Notes under the pieces: generated by a model
What the model saw: the letters and a program-made list of their open reading frames with translations, nothing else
Database searches by the model: none
What the model was told of the DNA's origin: nothing
NCBI GenBank assembly: GCA_012519635.1
Contig: JAAYPV010000101.1
Location: 28 to 64,027 of the forward strand
Direction of reading: 5' to 3'
Length of the DNA stretch: 64,000 bases
Source: Clostridiales bacterium
Lineage (GTDB): Bacteria > Bacillota > Clostridia > Oscillospirales > Ruminococcaceae
Position numbers and translations under genes: made by a program
Part shown: positions 20,795 to 33,148 of the stretch, in pieces
Layout: each line of letters begins with the position of its first letter
Position numbering within the stretch: the stretch's first letter is position 1

Positions 20795-21507
20795 TTATTC
20801 TACCAGCAATAGATATAAAGGACGGTAATTGTGTCAGACTTTATAAAGGAGATTTCTCTACAACAGAAAAGGTTGCAGATAATTATATGGAAACTGCAAA
20901 AAGTTTTGAGGAGTCCGGTGCGAAATGGATTCATATGGTTGACCTGGATGGAGCAAAGAGTGGAAAGCCAGTGAATAATGATATTTTTATTGATGTGGCT
21001 AAAAAAACAAATTTAAAAGTTGAGTTAGGTGGAGGAATCAGAACTCTTGATACGATTGAATACTATATTCAAAATGGTATATCAAGAGTAATACTTGGTT
21101 CTGTTGCACTTAAAAATCCACAGATTGTAAAAGATGCAGTTAGGGAGTATGGTGACAGAATTGCTGTAGGAATTGATGCTTTGAATGGAATGGTTGCTGT
21201 TGAGGGCTGGCTTGATGGCTCTGAGGTTTCCTATATCTCATTGGCAAAGGAAATGGTTTCTATTGGTGTAAAGTACATAATTTTTACCGATATATCAAAG
21301 GACGGAACGCTGGAGGGAGTTAACCTTGAACAGTTGAATGCTTTGAATGAGGCAGTTGACTGCAATATTATTGCAAGCGGTGGAGTGCGTAATATTGATG
21401 ATATAAAAAAATGTATGGAGCTTAAGCTTTATGGAACTATTTGCGGTAAATCCATATATAAAGGCACATTGAATCTAAAAGAAGCTATTAATGTATCGGG
21501 AAGGTAG
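20791..21507 (+). CDS. hisA: ProFAR isomerase
   Basis: [17 protein letters not shown] and the GGGIR motif. ATGA overlap with hisH. Confidence 0.94.
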   Translation: MIILPAIDIKDGNCVRLYKGDFSTTEKVADNYMETAKSFEESGAKWIHMVDLDGAKSGKPVNNDIFIDVAKKTNLKVELGGGIRTLDTIEYYIQNGISRVILGSVALKNPQIVKDAVREYGDRIAVGIDALNGMVAVEGWLDGSEVSYISLAKEMVSIGVKYIIFTDISKDGTLEGVNLEQLNALNEAVDCNIIASGGVRNIDDIKKCMELKLYGTICGKSIYKGTLNLKEAINVSGR

Positions 21508-21516
21508 GAATAGAAT

Positions 21517-22278
21517 ATGTTAGCTAAAAGAATAATACCATGTCTTGATGTAAGAAATGGAAAGGTAGTTAAAGGTGTTAAATTTGAAGGTATAAAGGAT
21601 GTAGGCGACCCTGTTAAATATGCAGAAGAATATAATAAACAGGGTGCTGATGAACTGGTGTTTTATGATATAACAGCGTCGCATGAGGGTAGGGGTGTTA
21701 TACTTGATGTTGTAAGAGAAACAGCAAGAAAAGTCTTTGTACCTCTTACTGTTGGTGGAGGAATTTCTACCATTGAAGATTTTAGGGAAACATTAAGAGC
21801 TGGTGCAGATAAGGTATCAATTAATTCATCTGCTGTAAAGAACCCATCACTTATTAAGGAAGCATCAGATATATTCGGCAGTCAATGTGTTGTAGTTGGA
21901 ATAGATGCAAAGCGTAATGCTGAAGGAAGGTTTTCTGTTTATATAAATGGTGGACGAATTGATATGAAGCTTGATTTGATTGAATGGGTAAAAAAGGTGG
22001 AGGAGCTTGGTGCAGGAGAGATATGCCTTAACTCAATTGATACCGATGGTACAAAGGAAGGCTTTGATATTGAGATGCTAAATGCAGTATGTGAGGCTGT
22101 AAAAATTCCTGTAATTGCAAGTGGTGGTTGCGGAAAACTAGAGGATTTTTCAGAAGTATTTGAAAAGACAAAAGCGTCAGCAGCATTGGCAGCGTCTATG
22201 TTCCACTTTAAAGAGGTAACCGTTGCTGAAGTTAAGGAGCATTTAAAGAAAAAGAATATTCCAGTTCGTGAGGGTTAA
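21517..22278 (+). CDS. hisF: Imidazole glycerol phosphate synthase cyclase subunit
   Basis: [23 protein letters not shown] and ASGG motifs. Confidence 0.95.
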   Translation: MLAKRIIPCLDVRNGKVVKGVKFEGIKDVGDPVKYAEEYNKQGADELVFYDITASHEGRGVILDVVRETARKVFVPLTVGGGISTIEDFRETLRAGADKVSINSSAVKNPSLIKEASDIFGSQCVVVGIDAKRNAEGRFSVYINGGRIDMKLDLIEWVKKVEELGAGEICLNSIDTDGTKEGFDIEMLNAVCEAVKIPVIASGGCGKLEDFSEVFEKTKASAALAASMFHFKEVTVAEVKEHLKKKNIPVREG

Positions 22279-22281
22279 TCT

Positions 22282-22605
22282 ATGGAAAATATAAATATAG
22301 ATGATTATTTTAAGAAGAGTGAGCTTGTACCGACCATTGTATATGATTTAAAAACAAAGGCTGTTGTCATGCTTGCTTATATGAATAGGGAAAGCCTTGC
22401 AAAGACCCTTGAAACAGGTTATACATGGTTTTGGAGCCGTTCTAGACAGGAGCTTTGGAATAAGGGTGCTACATCGGGGAATTTGCAAAAGGTAATAAGC
22501 ATTTACGGTGATTGCGATAAGGATACATTGCTTGTCAATGTTGAACAAAGCGGTGTTGCTTGTCATACAGGTGAATACAGCTGCTTTTTTAATAAAATTT
22601 ACTAA
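22282..22605 (+). CDS. hisI: Phosphoribosyl-AMP cyclohydrolase
   Basis: [30 protein letters not shown] and CHTG motifs. Confidence 0.93.
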   Translation: MENINIDDYFKKSELVPTIVYDLKTKAVVMLAYMNRESLAKTLETGYTWFWSRSRQELWNKGATSGNLQKVISIYGDCDKDTLLVNVEQSGVACHTGEYSCFFNKIY

Positions 22606-22618
22606 GGAGAACTATATA

Positions 22619-22945
22619 ATGAGTAATGTGTTTGATGGGTTATATCAGATAGTTTCACAGAGAAAAGAAACCTTTGAAGAGGGCTCATATACCTGCTATT
22701 TATTTTCAAAGGGAGAGGATAAGATTTTAAAGAAATGCGGCGAAGAATGTGCAGAAATGATAATTGCTGCAAAAAACAATGATAATGAAGAGCTAAAAAA
22801 TGAAATATCAGATTTGCTATATCATATAATGGTACTATGTGTAGAGAAAAATTTGCCTTTTTCAGAGGTGGAGAAGGTTCTTGAAGAACGAAAAAATAAA
22901 ATCGGTAATTTGAAAGTGATGAGAAATACTGATAAAAACACCTAA
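22619..22945 (+). CDS. hisE: Phosphoribosyl-ATP pyrophosphatase
   Basis: MazG-like EExAExIIAAKN...ELxxExxDLLYHxMVL motif. ATG 22619 after AAGGAGA. The ORF-track 5' extension (22508) overlaps hisI. Confidence 0.9.
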   Translation: MSNVFDGLYQIVSQRKETFEEGSYTCYLFSKGEDKILKKCGEECAEMIIAAKNNDNEELKNEISDLLYHIMVLCVEKNLPFSEVEKVLEERKNKIGNLKVMRNTDKNT

Positions 22946-23050
22946 TAATTGTAACTAAATTCAATAAACCTGAATATGATATATTGAAGTACTTCTTGAC
23001 GCATATAATATGCCGAAAGCAGCTTTAATAGATTGTAGGAGGGTTTATTT

Positions 23051-23803
23051 ATGAATGAATACGAGGCACAACATCATCCTGAGTATTGTGATGCTGTACC
23101 AATTAAGGTAAACAGAGTTTTTGACAGTTGCTGTGACAAGGAGTGTTTAAATGATATTCAGGTCAACTTGGATTGTGGTGAGCTTCCTCACAACATATCT
23201 GTAGTAAAATGCAAGAGTGTAAAAGTATGTGACATTCGTATGAATGTCGAACCGATACATTATAACAAGGGATGCTATTCAATTGATTTAACATATGTTT
23301 TCAATATTGAGCTATATGCATATGAAAAGTCTTGTGATAGTCCTTGCGTATTAACGGGTAAGGCTTTGGCATGTAAAAGCTGTATCCTTTATGGTGGCGA
23401 ATCTAATACGAAAACATTCTTCAGCAAGGAAACTAATATTGGTAAGCCTAAGCCATGCTGTGAAGTAGCTAATTTGCCAATTGCATCAGTGCAAGTGGTT
23501 GACCCTATTGCATTAGCTACAAAAATTGAAAAGGTATGTTCATTTGATGGTCCAGATAGCCCATGCTGTTATAAGAGAACAGTAATTATGACTTTAGGAT
23601 TGTTCTCTGTTGTTGAGTTATCAAGACCTGCAACAATTTTAGTTCCAACATATGAGTATAAGATTCCATATAAGAAATGCAAGGCTGAATCTGAGGATCC
23701 ATGCAAAATGTTTGATAGAATTCGCTTCCCAATGGATGAATTTTCGCAATCTAATATTAACATATCAACAGACATCGGAGATTGCGAATATGAATCTCAG
23801 TAA
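23051..23803 (+). CDS. Cysteine-rich hypothetical protein (20 Cys in 250 aa, no signal peptide)
   Basis: AGGAGGG SD and a clean terminator support a real gene. Cys clusters include DSCCDKEC, CDSPC, CKSC, PCCEV and SPCCY. I recognise no family. Confidence 0.7.
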   Translation: MNEYEAQHHPEYCDAVPIKVNRVFDSCCDKECLNDIQVNLDCGELPHNISVVKCKSVKVCDIRMNVEPIHYNKGCYSIDLTYVFNIELYAYEKSCDSPCVLTGKALACKSCILYGGESNTKTFFSKETNIGKPKPCCEVANLPIASVQVVDPIALATKIEKVCSFDGPDSPCCYKRTVIMTLGLFSVVELSRPATILVPTYEYKIPYKKCKAESEDPCKMFDRIRFPMDEFSQSNINISTDIGDCEYESQ

Positions 23804-23818
23804 TACTTATAATTCTGA

Positions 23819-23846
23819 GGGGCGGCCAATGGGGTCGCCCTTTTTA
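23819..23846 (+). terminator. Rho-independent terminator after the Cys-rich gene
   Basis: GC-rich 8-bp stem gggcggcc / ggggtcgccc (one wobble), followed by ttttt. Confidence 0.8.
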
Positions 23847-23918
23847 CAGAATGTAACGGAAAACTTATGGATTTTTGAGCTTTGATACAGTCCGTAATAA
23901 TAAGGGAAGTGTGATTAT

Positions 23919-24587
23919 ATGAGAACAAGGAGAGCAAGCATAGACAGGGATAGGGTTCTTATAAATGTATTGTGTTATTCAATAATAATTGTAGCATTAT
24001 TTGTTGCTTGTATAAGATATGTTGACAAAAAAATTCAGCCTGCATTGAGTGTAATAAGTGTCAATAAAGCAAATCAGGAAACAGTAAGCATATTGAATGA
24101 TGTAATTACTGGCTTTTTAGATAATACTAATATGGAATATTCCAATTATGTAAGTATTTTGTATGATGAAAAGGGGAATATATCCTCAATAGAAACATTA
24201 ACTCGAAATATAAATTATACACAATCTGAATTATCCAATCGAATAAACAATAATTTACAGACAAAGCTTAATAGAGTGATAGATATTCCAATAGGAACCG
24301 TCAGTGGTATGTATGTATTCTCAGGCAGAGGTCCTAATCTTAAAATCAAGGTTATACCGAAGGGCAATGTAAGAACAAATCTTAAAAGTGAGTTTACATC
24401 AGCAGGGATTAATCAGACAAGGCATAGGATATTAATTGAGATTACAGTTCAGCTTAATATAATCATGCCATCTAAAAGTGAAAGTGCAGAGATAACTGTT
24501 GATTATGTGCTGGCTGAAACAATTATTGTGGGTGCTGTTCCTGAGAGCTATCTTAATATGTCGTATCCGATTTCAGGGATATATTAA
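23919..24587 (+). CDS. yunB: Sporulation protein YunB
   Basis: N-terminal TM anchor, then IPIGTVSG...GPNLKIKVIPKGNV...INQTRHRILIEI...VPESYL, which is characteristic of YunB. Confidence 0.82.
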   Translation: MRTRRASIDRDRVLINVLCYSIIIVALFVACIRYVDKKIQPALSVISVNKANQETVSILNDVITGFLDNTNMEYSNYVSILYDEKGNISSIETLTRNINYTQSELSNRINNNLQTKLNRVIDIPIGTVSGMYVFSGRGPNLKIKVIPKGNVRTNLKSEFTSAGINQTRHRILIEITVQLNIIMPSKSESAEITVDYVLAETIIVGAVPESYLNMSYPISGIY

Positions 24588-24662
24588 TGAAAAATATGAA
24601 AAAAGTACTAGCGTAGGCGGGGTATGATATGTTATAATATAGGGGCACTTATAAATTTATAA

Positions 24663-26660
<1,998 letters not shown>

Positions 26661-26675
26661 AAAGGAATGGTGAGA

Positions 26676-26945
26676 ATGAGTATTGATATTAAAAAGATTG
26701 CAAAGCTGTCAATGCTTAAAATTGAAGATGAAAAGATTGAAAAGTTTGAAAAGGATATGGAGGCAATTATAGATATGGTGGACAGCCTTCCTAGTATTGA
26801 TGGTGAATTGAATCTTGACCCTGATAATGTAATGGCATTAAGAAAAGATTTTGCAGTTCAGAATAAATATACAAGAAATGAGCTTTTACAGAATGCACCT
26901 GAAGTTCAGGCAGGTTGCTTAGTCGTTCCAAAAACAGTTGAATAG
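26676..26945 (+). CDS. gatC: Asp/Glu-tRNA amidotransferase subunit C
   Basis: MSIDIKKIAKLSMLKIEDEK N-terminus, directly upstream of gatA. The alternative start at 26667 cannot be excluded. Confidence 0.88.
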   Translation: MSIDIKKIAKLSMLKIEDEKIEKFEKDMEAIIDMVDSLPSIDGELNLDPDNVMALRKDFAVQNKYTRNELLQNAPEVQAGCLVVPKTVE

Positions 26946-26956
26946 GAGTAAATAAA

Positions 26957-28420
26957 ATGAAGTTATATGAGAAAACAGCATCTGAATTATCTGAAATGTT
27001 AAGAAGAAAAAAATGCAGTGCTCTTGAGATATATGAAGATGTATCAAATAGAATTAAATCCGTTGAGGATAAGGTAGGAGCTTATATTACTTTATCTGAT
27101 GAAACAGCCAGAAAGAAAGCGATAGAAGTAGATGAGGCTTTGGCTAAGGGTGAAGAATTACATCCGTTAGCGGGAATACCTATTGGTATTAAGGACAATA
27201 TTTCTACAAAGGGTATTAGGACAAGCTGTGCATCCAAAATGTTGGAAAATTATATTCCTCCATTTAATGCAACAGTAGTTGAAAAGATTAATAATGCTGA
27301 CATGGTTGTTACAGGAAAACTTAATATGGATGAGTTTGCGATGGGTTCATCAACAGAGACCTCCTATATGAAAAAGACAAGAAATCCACATGATTTAGAC
27401 AGGGTGCCCGGTGGTTCATCAGGAGGTTCTGCTGCTGCTGTTGCTGCTGGTGAAGCTATATTGACATTAGGCTCTGATACTGGGGGGTCAATAAGACAGC
27501 CTGCAGCTCTATGCGGTGTTGTTGGATTTAAACCGACATATGGAAGTGTATCTAGATATGGTCTTATTGCGTTTGCATCCTCACTTGACCAGATAGGTCC
27601 AATCGGCAAGAGTGTAAAAGATATTGCTATGCTGCAGGATATAATAAGTGGTTATGACAAAATGGATGCAACATCGAAGAATATGGAATATCCTAAATTA
27701 ACAGATAATTTAACTGTTAACGCCAAAGGATTGAAAATAGGTATATTAAAGGAGTACTTTGGAGAAGGAGTAGATGATTCTGTTAAGGAGTCTGTTTATA
27801 AGGTGGTAAAATTATTTGAGGAGAATGGTGCAGAAATAAAGGAAATTTCTATTCCTAGTGCAAATTTTGCGATGAGCACCTATTATATTATTTCATCTGC
27901 CGAAGCATCATCAAACTTGGCACGCTTTGATGGAGTCAAGTATGGTTATCGTGCAAAGGAATATGACAGCTTGATTGATATGTATGAAAATACAAGAAGT
28001 GAGGGATTTGGTGATGAAGTAAAACGCAGAATAATGCTTGGAACATTTGTGTTAAGCTCTGGTTTTTACGATGCATACTACAAAAAAGCAAAGATTATGC
28101 AAAAAAGGATTTCATCAGAATTTGATAATGTATTTAAGGATATTGATATTATCATATCCCCAACAGTTGTATCAACAGCATTTAAAATAGGCGAAAATAT
28201 TGATAATCCAGTTAAGATGTATTATAATGACGCTTTTACCGTAACAGCAAATATTGGTGGTCTGCCTGCAATTAGCCTTCCATGTGCTAAGGATGAAAAA
28301 AATTTACCAATAGGCTTACAGCTTATAGGTAAAAAGTTCAGTGAACAAACATTGTTGAATGCCGCATATACTTATGAAAATCTGTGCGGTGGATTCAATG
28401 TGCATTCACAAATATTATAG
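26957..28420 (+). CDS. gatA: Asp/Glu-tRNA amidotransferase subunit A
   Basis: Amidase signature GGSSGGSAAAVAAG...GSDTGGSIRQPA. Confidence 0.96.
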   Translation: MKLYEKTASELSEMLRRKKCSALEIYEDVSNRIKSVEDKVGAYITLSDETARKKAIEVDEALAKGEELHPLAGIPIGIKDNISTKGIRTSCASKMLENYIPPFNATVVEKINNADMVVTGKLNMDEFAMGSSTETSYMKKTRNPHDLDRVPGGSSGGSAAAVAAGEAILTLGSDTGGSIRQPAALCGVVGFKPTYGSVSRYGLIAFASSLDQIGPIGKSVKDIAMLQDIISGYDKMDATSKNMEYPKLTDNLTVNAKGLKIGILKEYFGEGVDDSVKESVYKVVKLFEENGAEIKEISIPSANFAMSTYYIISSAEASSNLARFDGVKYGYRAKEYDSLIDMYENTRSEGFGDEVKRRIMLGTFVLSSGFYDAYYKKAKIMQKRISSEFDNVFKDIDIIISPTVVSTAFKIGENIDNPVKMYYNDAFTVTANIGGLPAISLPCAKDEKNLPIGLQLIGKKFSEQTLLNAAYTYENLCGGFNVHSQIL

Positions 28421-28431
28421 GAGGGGTATTC

Positions 28432-29868
28432 ATGAAGGATTATGAAATTGTTGTAGGCTTAGAGGTACATGCTGAATTAAATACAGATTCAAAGATATTC
28501 TGTGATTGTAAAAATGTATTTGGACTTGAGGTAAATACACAAATTTGCCCTATTTGTATGGGTATGCCTGGAACTCTACCTACCTTGAATGAAAAAGTAG
28601 TCGAGTATGCAATTAAGATGGGTCATGCACTAAATTGCAAGATTAACAGTGTCTGCAAGCAGGACAGGAAGAATTACTTTTATCCTGACTTGCCAAAGGC
28701 ATATCAGATTTCACAGGCTGAAGTTCCAATTTGCGAGCATGGGTATTTGGATATTTTTGTTGATGGTGAAGAAAGGCGAATTGGCATTACTAGAATCCAT
28801 ATAGAAGAAGATGCTGGAAAGCTATTACATGATGATTCATTTGCAGGGTCATTGGTGGATTTAAATAGGTCTGGAGTTCCGCTTATTGAGATTGTATCTG
28901 AACCAGACTTGAGAAGTACGGAAGAGGTTAAGGCTTATCTTGAAACAATAAAGTCAATATTGCAGTATCTGAATATTTCAGATTGTAAAATGCAGGAGGG
29001 CTCTATACGCTGTGATGTAAATATATCTGTACGAAAAAAGGGTAGTACTGAATTTGGTACACGCTGTGAAATGAAAAACATTAATAGCTTTAGTGCTGCA
29101 GTTCGTGGAATTGAGTATGAGGCAAAAAGACAGATTGACCTTATTGAATCAGGTGGAGTTGTTGAACAGGAAACAAGAAGATGGGATGATGTAAAGGGCA
29201 TGAGCTTTACTATGAGAACTAAGGAAAATGCCAATGATTACAGATATTTCCCTGAGCCTGATTTACTTACAATTGTTATTGATGAGGATAAAATTAAGTC
29301 ATTGAAGGCTGAACTGCCTGAGCTTCCTAATAAAAAGATGGCACGGTATATTAAGGATTTTGGATTAAGTCAGATGGATGCAACTTTAATAGTGGAAAAC
29401 ATTGATAAATGCAAGCTATTTGATGAGTGTACTGCACTTAACCTATGTGTACCTAAGAATATTAGTAACTGGATATTAGGTGACATATCAAAATATATGA
29501 ATGAAACAGGAAAAAGCATTTTGGATACTCCTCTTACTGCAAAAAGGCTTTGTGAAATGATAAGCAGTGTTGAAAAGGGTGTAATTTCTAATTCTGCAGC
29601 TAAAAGGGTAATGCAGATAGTCATAGATGAGGATAAGGAACCACAACAGATTATTGAGGAGCTTGGCTTGGTACAAAATTCAGATGTTGGCTTCCTTGAG
29701 AATTTAGCAAGAGAGGTTCTTGCTAAGAATGAAAAATCTGTTAATGACTATAAAAATGGTAAGACAAACGCTATGGGATATCTGATTGGTCAGTGTATGA
29801 AGGAGTCAAAAGGAAAAGCAAATCCTGGCATGATAAAAGAAATAGTAATAAAACTATTGGAAGAATAA
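28432..29868 (+). CDS. gatB: Asp/Glu-tRNA amidotransferase subunit B
   Basis: MKDYEIVVGLEVHAEL, CPICMGMPGTLP, IHIEEDAGK. ATG 28432 after GGAGGGG; the ORF-track extension overlaps gatA. Confidence 0.95.
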   Translation: MKDYEIVVGLEVHAELNTDSKIFCDCKNVFGLEVNTQICPICMGMPGTLPTLNEKVVEYAIKMGHALNCKINSVCKQDRKNYFYPDLPKAYQISQAEVPICEHGYLDIFVDGEERRIGITRIHIEEDAGKLLHDDSFAGSLVDLNRSGVPLIEIVSEPDLRSTEEVKAYLETIKSILQYLNISDCKMQEGSIRCDVNISVRKKGSTEFGTRCEMKNINSFSAAVRGIEYEAKRQIDLIESGGVVEQETRRWDDVKGMSFTMRTKENANDYRYFPEPDLLTIVIDEDKIKSLKAELPELPNKKMARYIKDFGLSQMDATLIVENIDKCKLFDECTALNLCVPKNISNWILGDISKYMNETGKSILDTPLTAKRLCEMISSVEKGVISNSAAKRVMQIVIDEDKEPQQIIEELGLVQNSDVGFLENLAREVLAKNEKSVNDYKNGKTNAMGYLIGQCMKESKGKANPGMIKEIVIKLLEE

Positions 29869-29898
29869 TTTTATTGTTATGTTAGTTTAACTTATAAT

Positions 29899-29944
29899 AA
29901 AAACAAAATTCGTTGACTTAAGGTTAGCGAATTTTTGTTTTTTA
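29899..29944 (+). terminator. Rho-independent terminator after gatB
   Basis: aaacaaaattcg / cgaatttttgttt stem (one bulged T), followed by a T-run. Confidence 0.7.
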
Positions 29945-30086
29945 AATACAGAATATACAATAAAAATTGATTTTTTATTAAAATCTATATACAATTTTAA
30001 ATAAATGTGTTATAATGTATTTTAATATTGTTTATATTGCAATGCTGGTATAATAACTGCAATAAAGTTTGAAAGGAAGTTTTTTT

Positions 30087-31382
30087 ATGTTTTTCCAAAA
30101 GGAATTTGAAACAATGCCTAGAGATAAAATTGAAGAGTTGCAGCTTGAGCGTTTAAAATGGCTTGTTGACTATTGTATAAAAAATATACCATTTTATAAT
30201 GAAAGACTTAATAAAGCAGGGGTAACTGCTGAAAAGATAAAATCTCTTAAGGATATTGAGAATATTCCATATACCACAAAGGAAGATATAAGAGATAATT
30301 ATCCATTCGGGTTGTTTGGTCAACCTTTAAAAAAGATAGTTAGAATTCATGCGTCAAGTGGTACAACTGGTAAACCAACAGTAGTCGGATATACACAAAA
30401 GGATATAGAAAACTGGAGTGACTGTATGGCTCGACTTTGTATAAGTGGTGGAGCAAGAGAAGATGATATTATTCAGATAGCCTTTGGTTATGGCTTGTTT
30501 ACAGGAGCTTTAGGTCTTCATTATGGTCTTGAGAAAATAGGAGCAACAGTAGTACCAACATCAAGTGGTAATACGGAAAGACAAATTATGCTTATGCAGG
30601 ATTTTCAGACAACTGGTCTGGTATCAACTCCATCCTACGCACAATACATAGGTGAAACAGCAAGGGAAATGGGTGTGCTTGATAAGATAAATCTGAAAAT
30701 AGGTTTATTGGGCTCAGAGGGCTGCACAGAGGAAATGCGTAATCAGATTGAAAAGACTTTAAATATATTTGTAACTGATAACTATGGAATGAGCGAGCTT
30801 ATGGGGCCAGGTGTTTCAGGTGAATGTGAATACCGTAATGGTATGCATATTAATGAGGACCATTTTTTAGCTGAAATTATTGATTCAAATACATTGGAGG
30901 TATTGCCAAGAGGTTCACAGGGAGAGTTGGTTATTACAACACTTACAAAAGAGGGCATACCTATGCTTAGATATCGTACAAAGGATATCACAAGTATTAA
31001 TTATGATGTATGTAAATGTGGCAGAACATTTGCAAGGATGGACAAAATTAAGGGCAGAAGCGATGATATGCTTAAAATTCGAGGTGTTAATGTATTTCCA
31101 TCACAGATTGAAAGTGTACTTATGAAATACGAAAATATTGCACCACATTATCAGTTGGTTGTTACAAGAGAAAATTACAGCGATGCTCTTGAGGTTAAGG
31201 TTGAGCTAGTAGATGGAACGCTATTAGAAAATTATGCAGAGTTAGAAAACCTAAGAAATATGATACACCATGATATAAAAGTGATTTTAGGAATAGAAGT
31301 AAAAGTATCACTTGTAGAATATAAATCACTTGAACGATTTCAAGGTAAGGCAAAAAGAATACTTGATTTGCGTAATAGTTAA
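30087..31382 (+). CDS. paaK: Phenylacetate-CoA ligase family (PaaK-like aryl-acetate/acyl-CoA ligase), paralog 1
   Basis: [20 protein letters not shown]-binding P-loop, YGMSE, RYRTKD, and [23 protein letters not shown] 30087 after AAAGGAAG. Confidence 0.88.
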   Translation: MFFQKEFETMPRDKIEELQLERLKWLVDYCIKNIPFYNERLNKAGVTAEKIKSLKDIENIPYTTKEDIRDNYPFGLFGQPLKKIVRIHASSGTTGKPTVVGYTQKDIENWSDCMARLCISGGAREDDIIQIAFGYGLFTGALGLHYGLEKIGATVVPTSSGNTERQIMLMQDFQTTGLVSTPSYAQYIGETAREMGVLDKINLKIGLLGSEGCTEEMRNQIEKTLNIFVTDNYGMSELMGPGVSGECEYRNGMHINEDHFLAEIIDSNTLEVLPRGSQGELVITTLTKEGIPMLRYRTKDITSINYDVCKCGRTFARMDKIKGRSDDMLKIRGVNVFPSQIESVLMKYENIAPHYQLVVTRENYSDALEVKVELVDGTLLENYAELENLRNMIHHDIKVILGIEVKVSLVEYKSLERFQGKAKRILDLRNS

Positions 31383-31414
31383 ATTTAAAATTTCAGAAAG
31401 GAGTATTAACTAGC

Positions 31415-33148
31415 ATGAAGAAGTTAATGCTTGGGAATGAGGCCTTTGCTAGAGGTCTATATGAAGGTGGTTGCAGAGTAGCATCAAGCTATCCTGGAAC
31501 ACCATCAACAGAAATAACTGAATATACTGCAAAATATGATGAAATATATGCTGAATGGGCACCTAATGAAAAGGTTGCAATGGAGGTTGCGATTGGTGCG
31601 TCGATAGCTGGCGCAAGGTCGTTTTGTGGAATGAAGCATGTTGGATTGAATGTTGCGGCCGACCCATTATATACTGTTTCATATACAGGTGTGAATGGGG
31701 GCTTGGTTATCGCAGTTGCTGATGATCCTGGAATGCATTCATCACAAAATGAACAGGATAGCCGACATCATGCAATTGCGTCAAAGGTGTTGATGCTTGA
31801 GCCATCTGATTCAGCTGAATGTAAGGACTTTGTTGTTGAGGGCTTTAAGCTTTCTGAGGAATTTGATACACCTGTTATAGTAAGGCTTTCAACAAGGGTA
31901 TCTCATTCACAGGGATTGGTTGAAGTTTGTTCAAGAGAAGATGCAGATTTGAAGGAATATGTAAAAAATCCACAAAAATATGTAATGATGCCTGCAATGG
32001 CTCGTGGTAGACATGTTTTTGTTGAAGAAAGAACTCAAAGGCTTATTGAATTTTCTGAAACATCTACGCTAAATAAGGTTGAAATAAATGATACAAAAAT
32101 AGGTGTTATCACAAGTGGTATTGCATATCAATATGCAAAGGAGGCATTGGGGGACACTGTATCTTATCTAAAACTAGGAATTGTAAATCCACTTCCTAAA
32201 AAACTGATTACAGACTTTGTTGAAAAGTTTGAAACAGTATATGTTATTGAGGAGCTTGATGATGTAATTGAAACACATTGCAAAAAGCTAGGGCTTAATG
32301 TAAAAGGTAAGGAGCTGTTTGGATTTATAGGTGAGCTTTCACAGTCAATTATCGCTGAAAAGATACTTGGTAAAAAGATTGAATATAAGGAATTTTCAGA
32401 GCCAGTTCCTGTACGCCCTCCAGTAATGTGTGCTGGTTGTCCCCATAGAGGATTGTTTTCTGTTTTGTCTAAGAAAAAGCTTATGGTGTCTGGAGATATC
32501 GGTTGTTATACATTGGGAGCATCAGCACCACTTTCAGCTATGGATACTACAATTTGTATGGGAGCATCTGTTTCAGGCTTGCATGGCTTTAATAAAGCAA
32601 GAGGCAAGGAAAGCGAGAAAAAATCCGTAGCGGTAATTGGTGATTCAACCTTTATGCATAGCGGTATGACGGGACTTGTAAATATTGCATATAACTCAAC
32701 AAACTCAACGGTTATAATATTGGACAACTCAATTACAGGTATGACAGGGCATCAGCACAATCCTACTACTGGGTATAATTTAAAGGGAGATGTTACTGCA
32801 AAGGTTGATTTAGAATCACTTTGCAGGGCAATTGGAATAAATAGAGTGAGAGTAGTTGACCCATATAATATTGCTGAAACAGAAAAGGCAATTACGGAAG
32901 AGTTGGAGGTTGATGAGCCATCTGTAATAATATCCAGACGCCCTTGTGCATTGTTAAAGAATGTTAAGCATAAGCCAGCACTTAAAGTAAATAGGGATAA
33001 GTGCAAGTCATGTAAAATGTGTATGAAAGTAGGTTGTCCTGCAATATCAATGAAGGAAGGCAAGGCAGAAATAGACTATACACAATGCGTAGGGTGTGAA
33101 GTTTGTATGCAGATGTGCAAATTCGATGCAATTGGAGGTAATGAATAA
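31415..33148 (+). CDS. iorA: Indolepyruvate:ferredoxin oxidoreductase alpha subunit
   Basis: 577 aa. TPP-binding GDSTFMHSG and two C-terminal ferredoxin motifs, CKSCKMCMKVGCP and CVGCEVCMQMC. Confidence 0.9.
   Translation: MKKLMLGNEAFARGLYEGGCRVASSYPGTPSTEITEYTAKYDEIYAEWAPNEKVAMEVAIGASIAGARSFCGMKHVGLNVAADPLYTVSYTGVNGGLVIAVADDPGMHSSQNEQDSRHHAIASKVLMLEPSDSAECKDFVVEGFKLSEEFDTPVIVRLSTRVSHSQGLVEVCSREDADLKEYVKNPQKYVMMPAMARGRHVFVEERTQRLIEFSETSTLNKVEINDTKIGVITSGIAYQYAKEALGDTVSYLKLGIVNPLPKKLITDFVEKFETVYVIEELDDVIETHCKKLGLNVKGKELFGFIGELSQSIIAEKILGKKIEYKEFSEPVPVRPPVMCAGCPHRGLFSVLSKKKLMVSGDIGCYTLGASAPLSAMDTTICMGASVSGLHGFNKARGKESEKKSVAVIGDSTFMHSGMTGLVNIAYNSTNSTVIILDNSITGMTGHQHNPTTGYNLKGDVTAKVDLESLCRAIGINRVRVVDPYNIAETEKAITEELEVDEPSVIISRRPCALLKNVKHKPALKVNRDKCKSCKMCMKVGCPAISMKEGKAEIDYTQCVGCEVCMQMCKFDAIGGNE

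Noticed and set aside
22508-22618. ORF-track 5' extensions of real genes: hisE at 22508, and likewise hisG 16575, hisB 19577, gatB 28384, dxr 7510, tsf 3463, PBP 35843, kinase 41030, epimerase 43355 and GH5 43587.
   Set aside because: These extensions overlap the preceding gene or a promoter and lack an SD. In each case an internal ATG or TTG with a good SD reproduces the family-typical N-terminus.
22946-23050. Sporulation sigma-factor (sigma-K/E-like CATAnnnTA) promoter upstream of the Cys-rich gene (gcatataata).
   Set aside because: A -10-like CATATAATA is present, but no correctly spaced -35 AC/ATA element could be aligned. The match is too weak to call.
23652-23885. 77-aa + strand ORF overlapping the end of the Cys-rich gene.
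   Set aside because: It is out of frame within a confident gene and runs straight through the GC-rich terminator hairpin. It has no SD.
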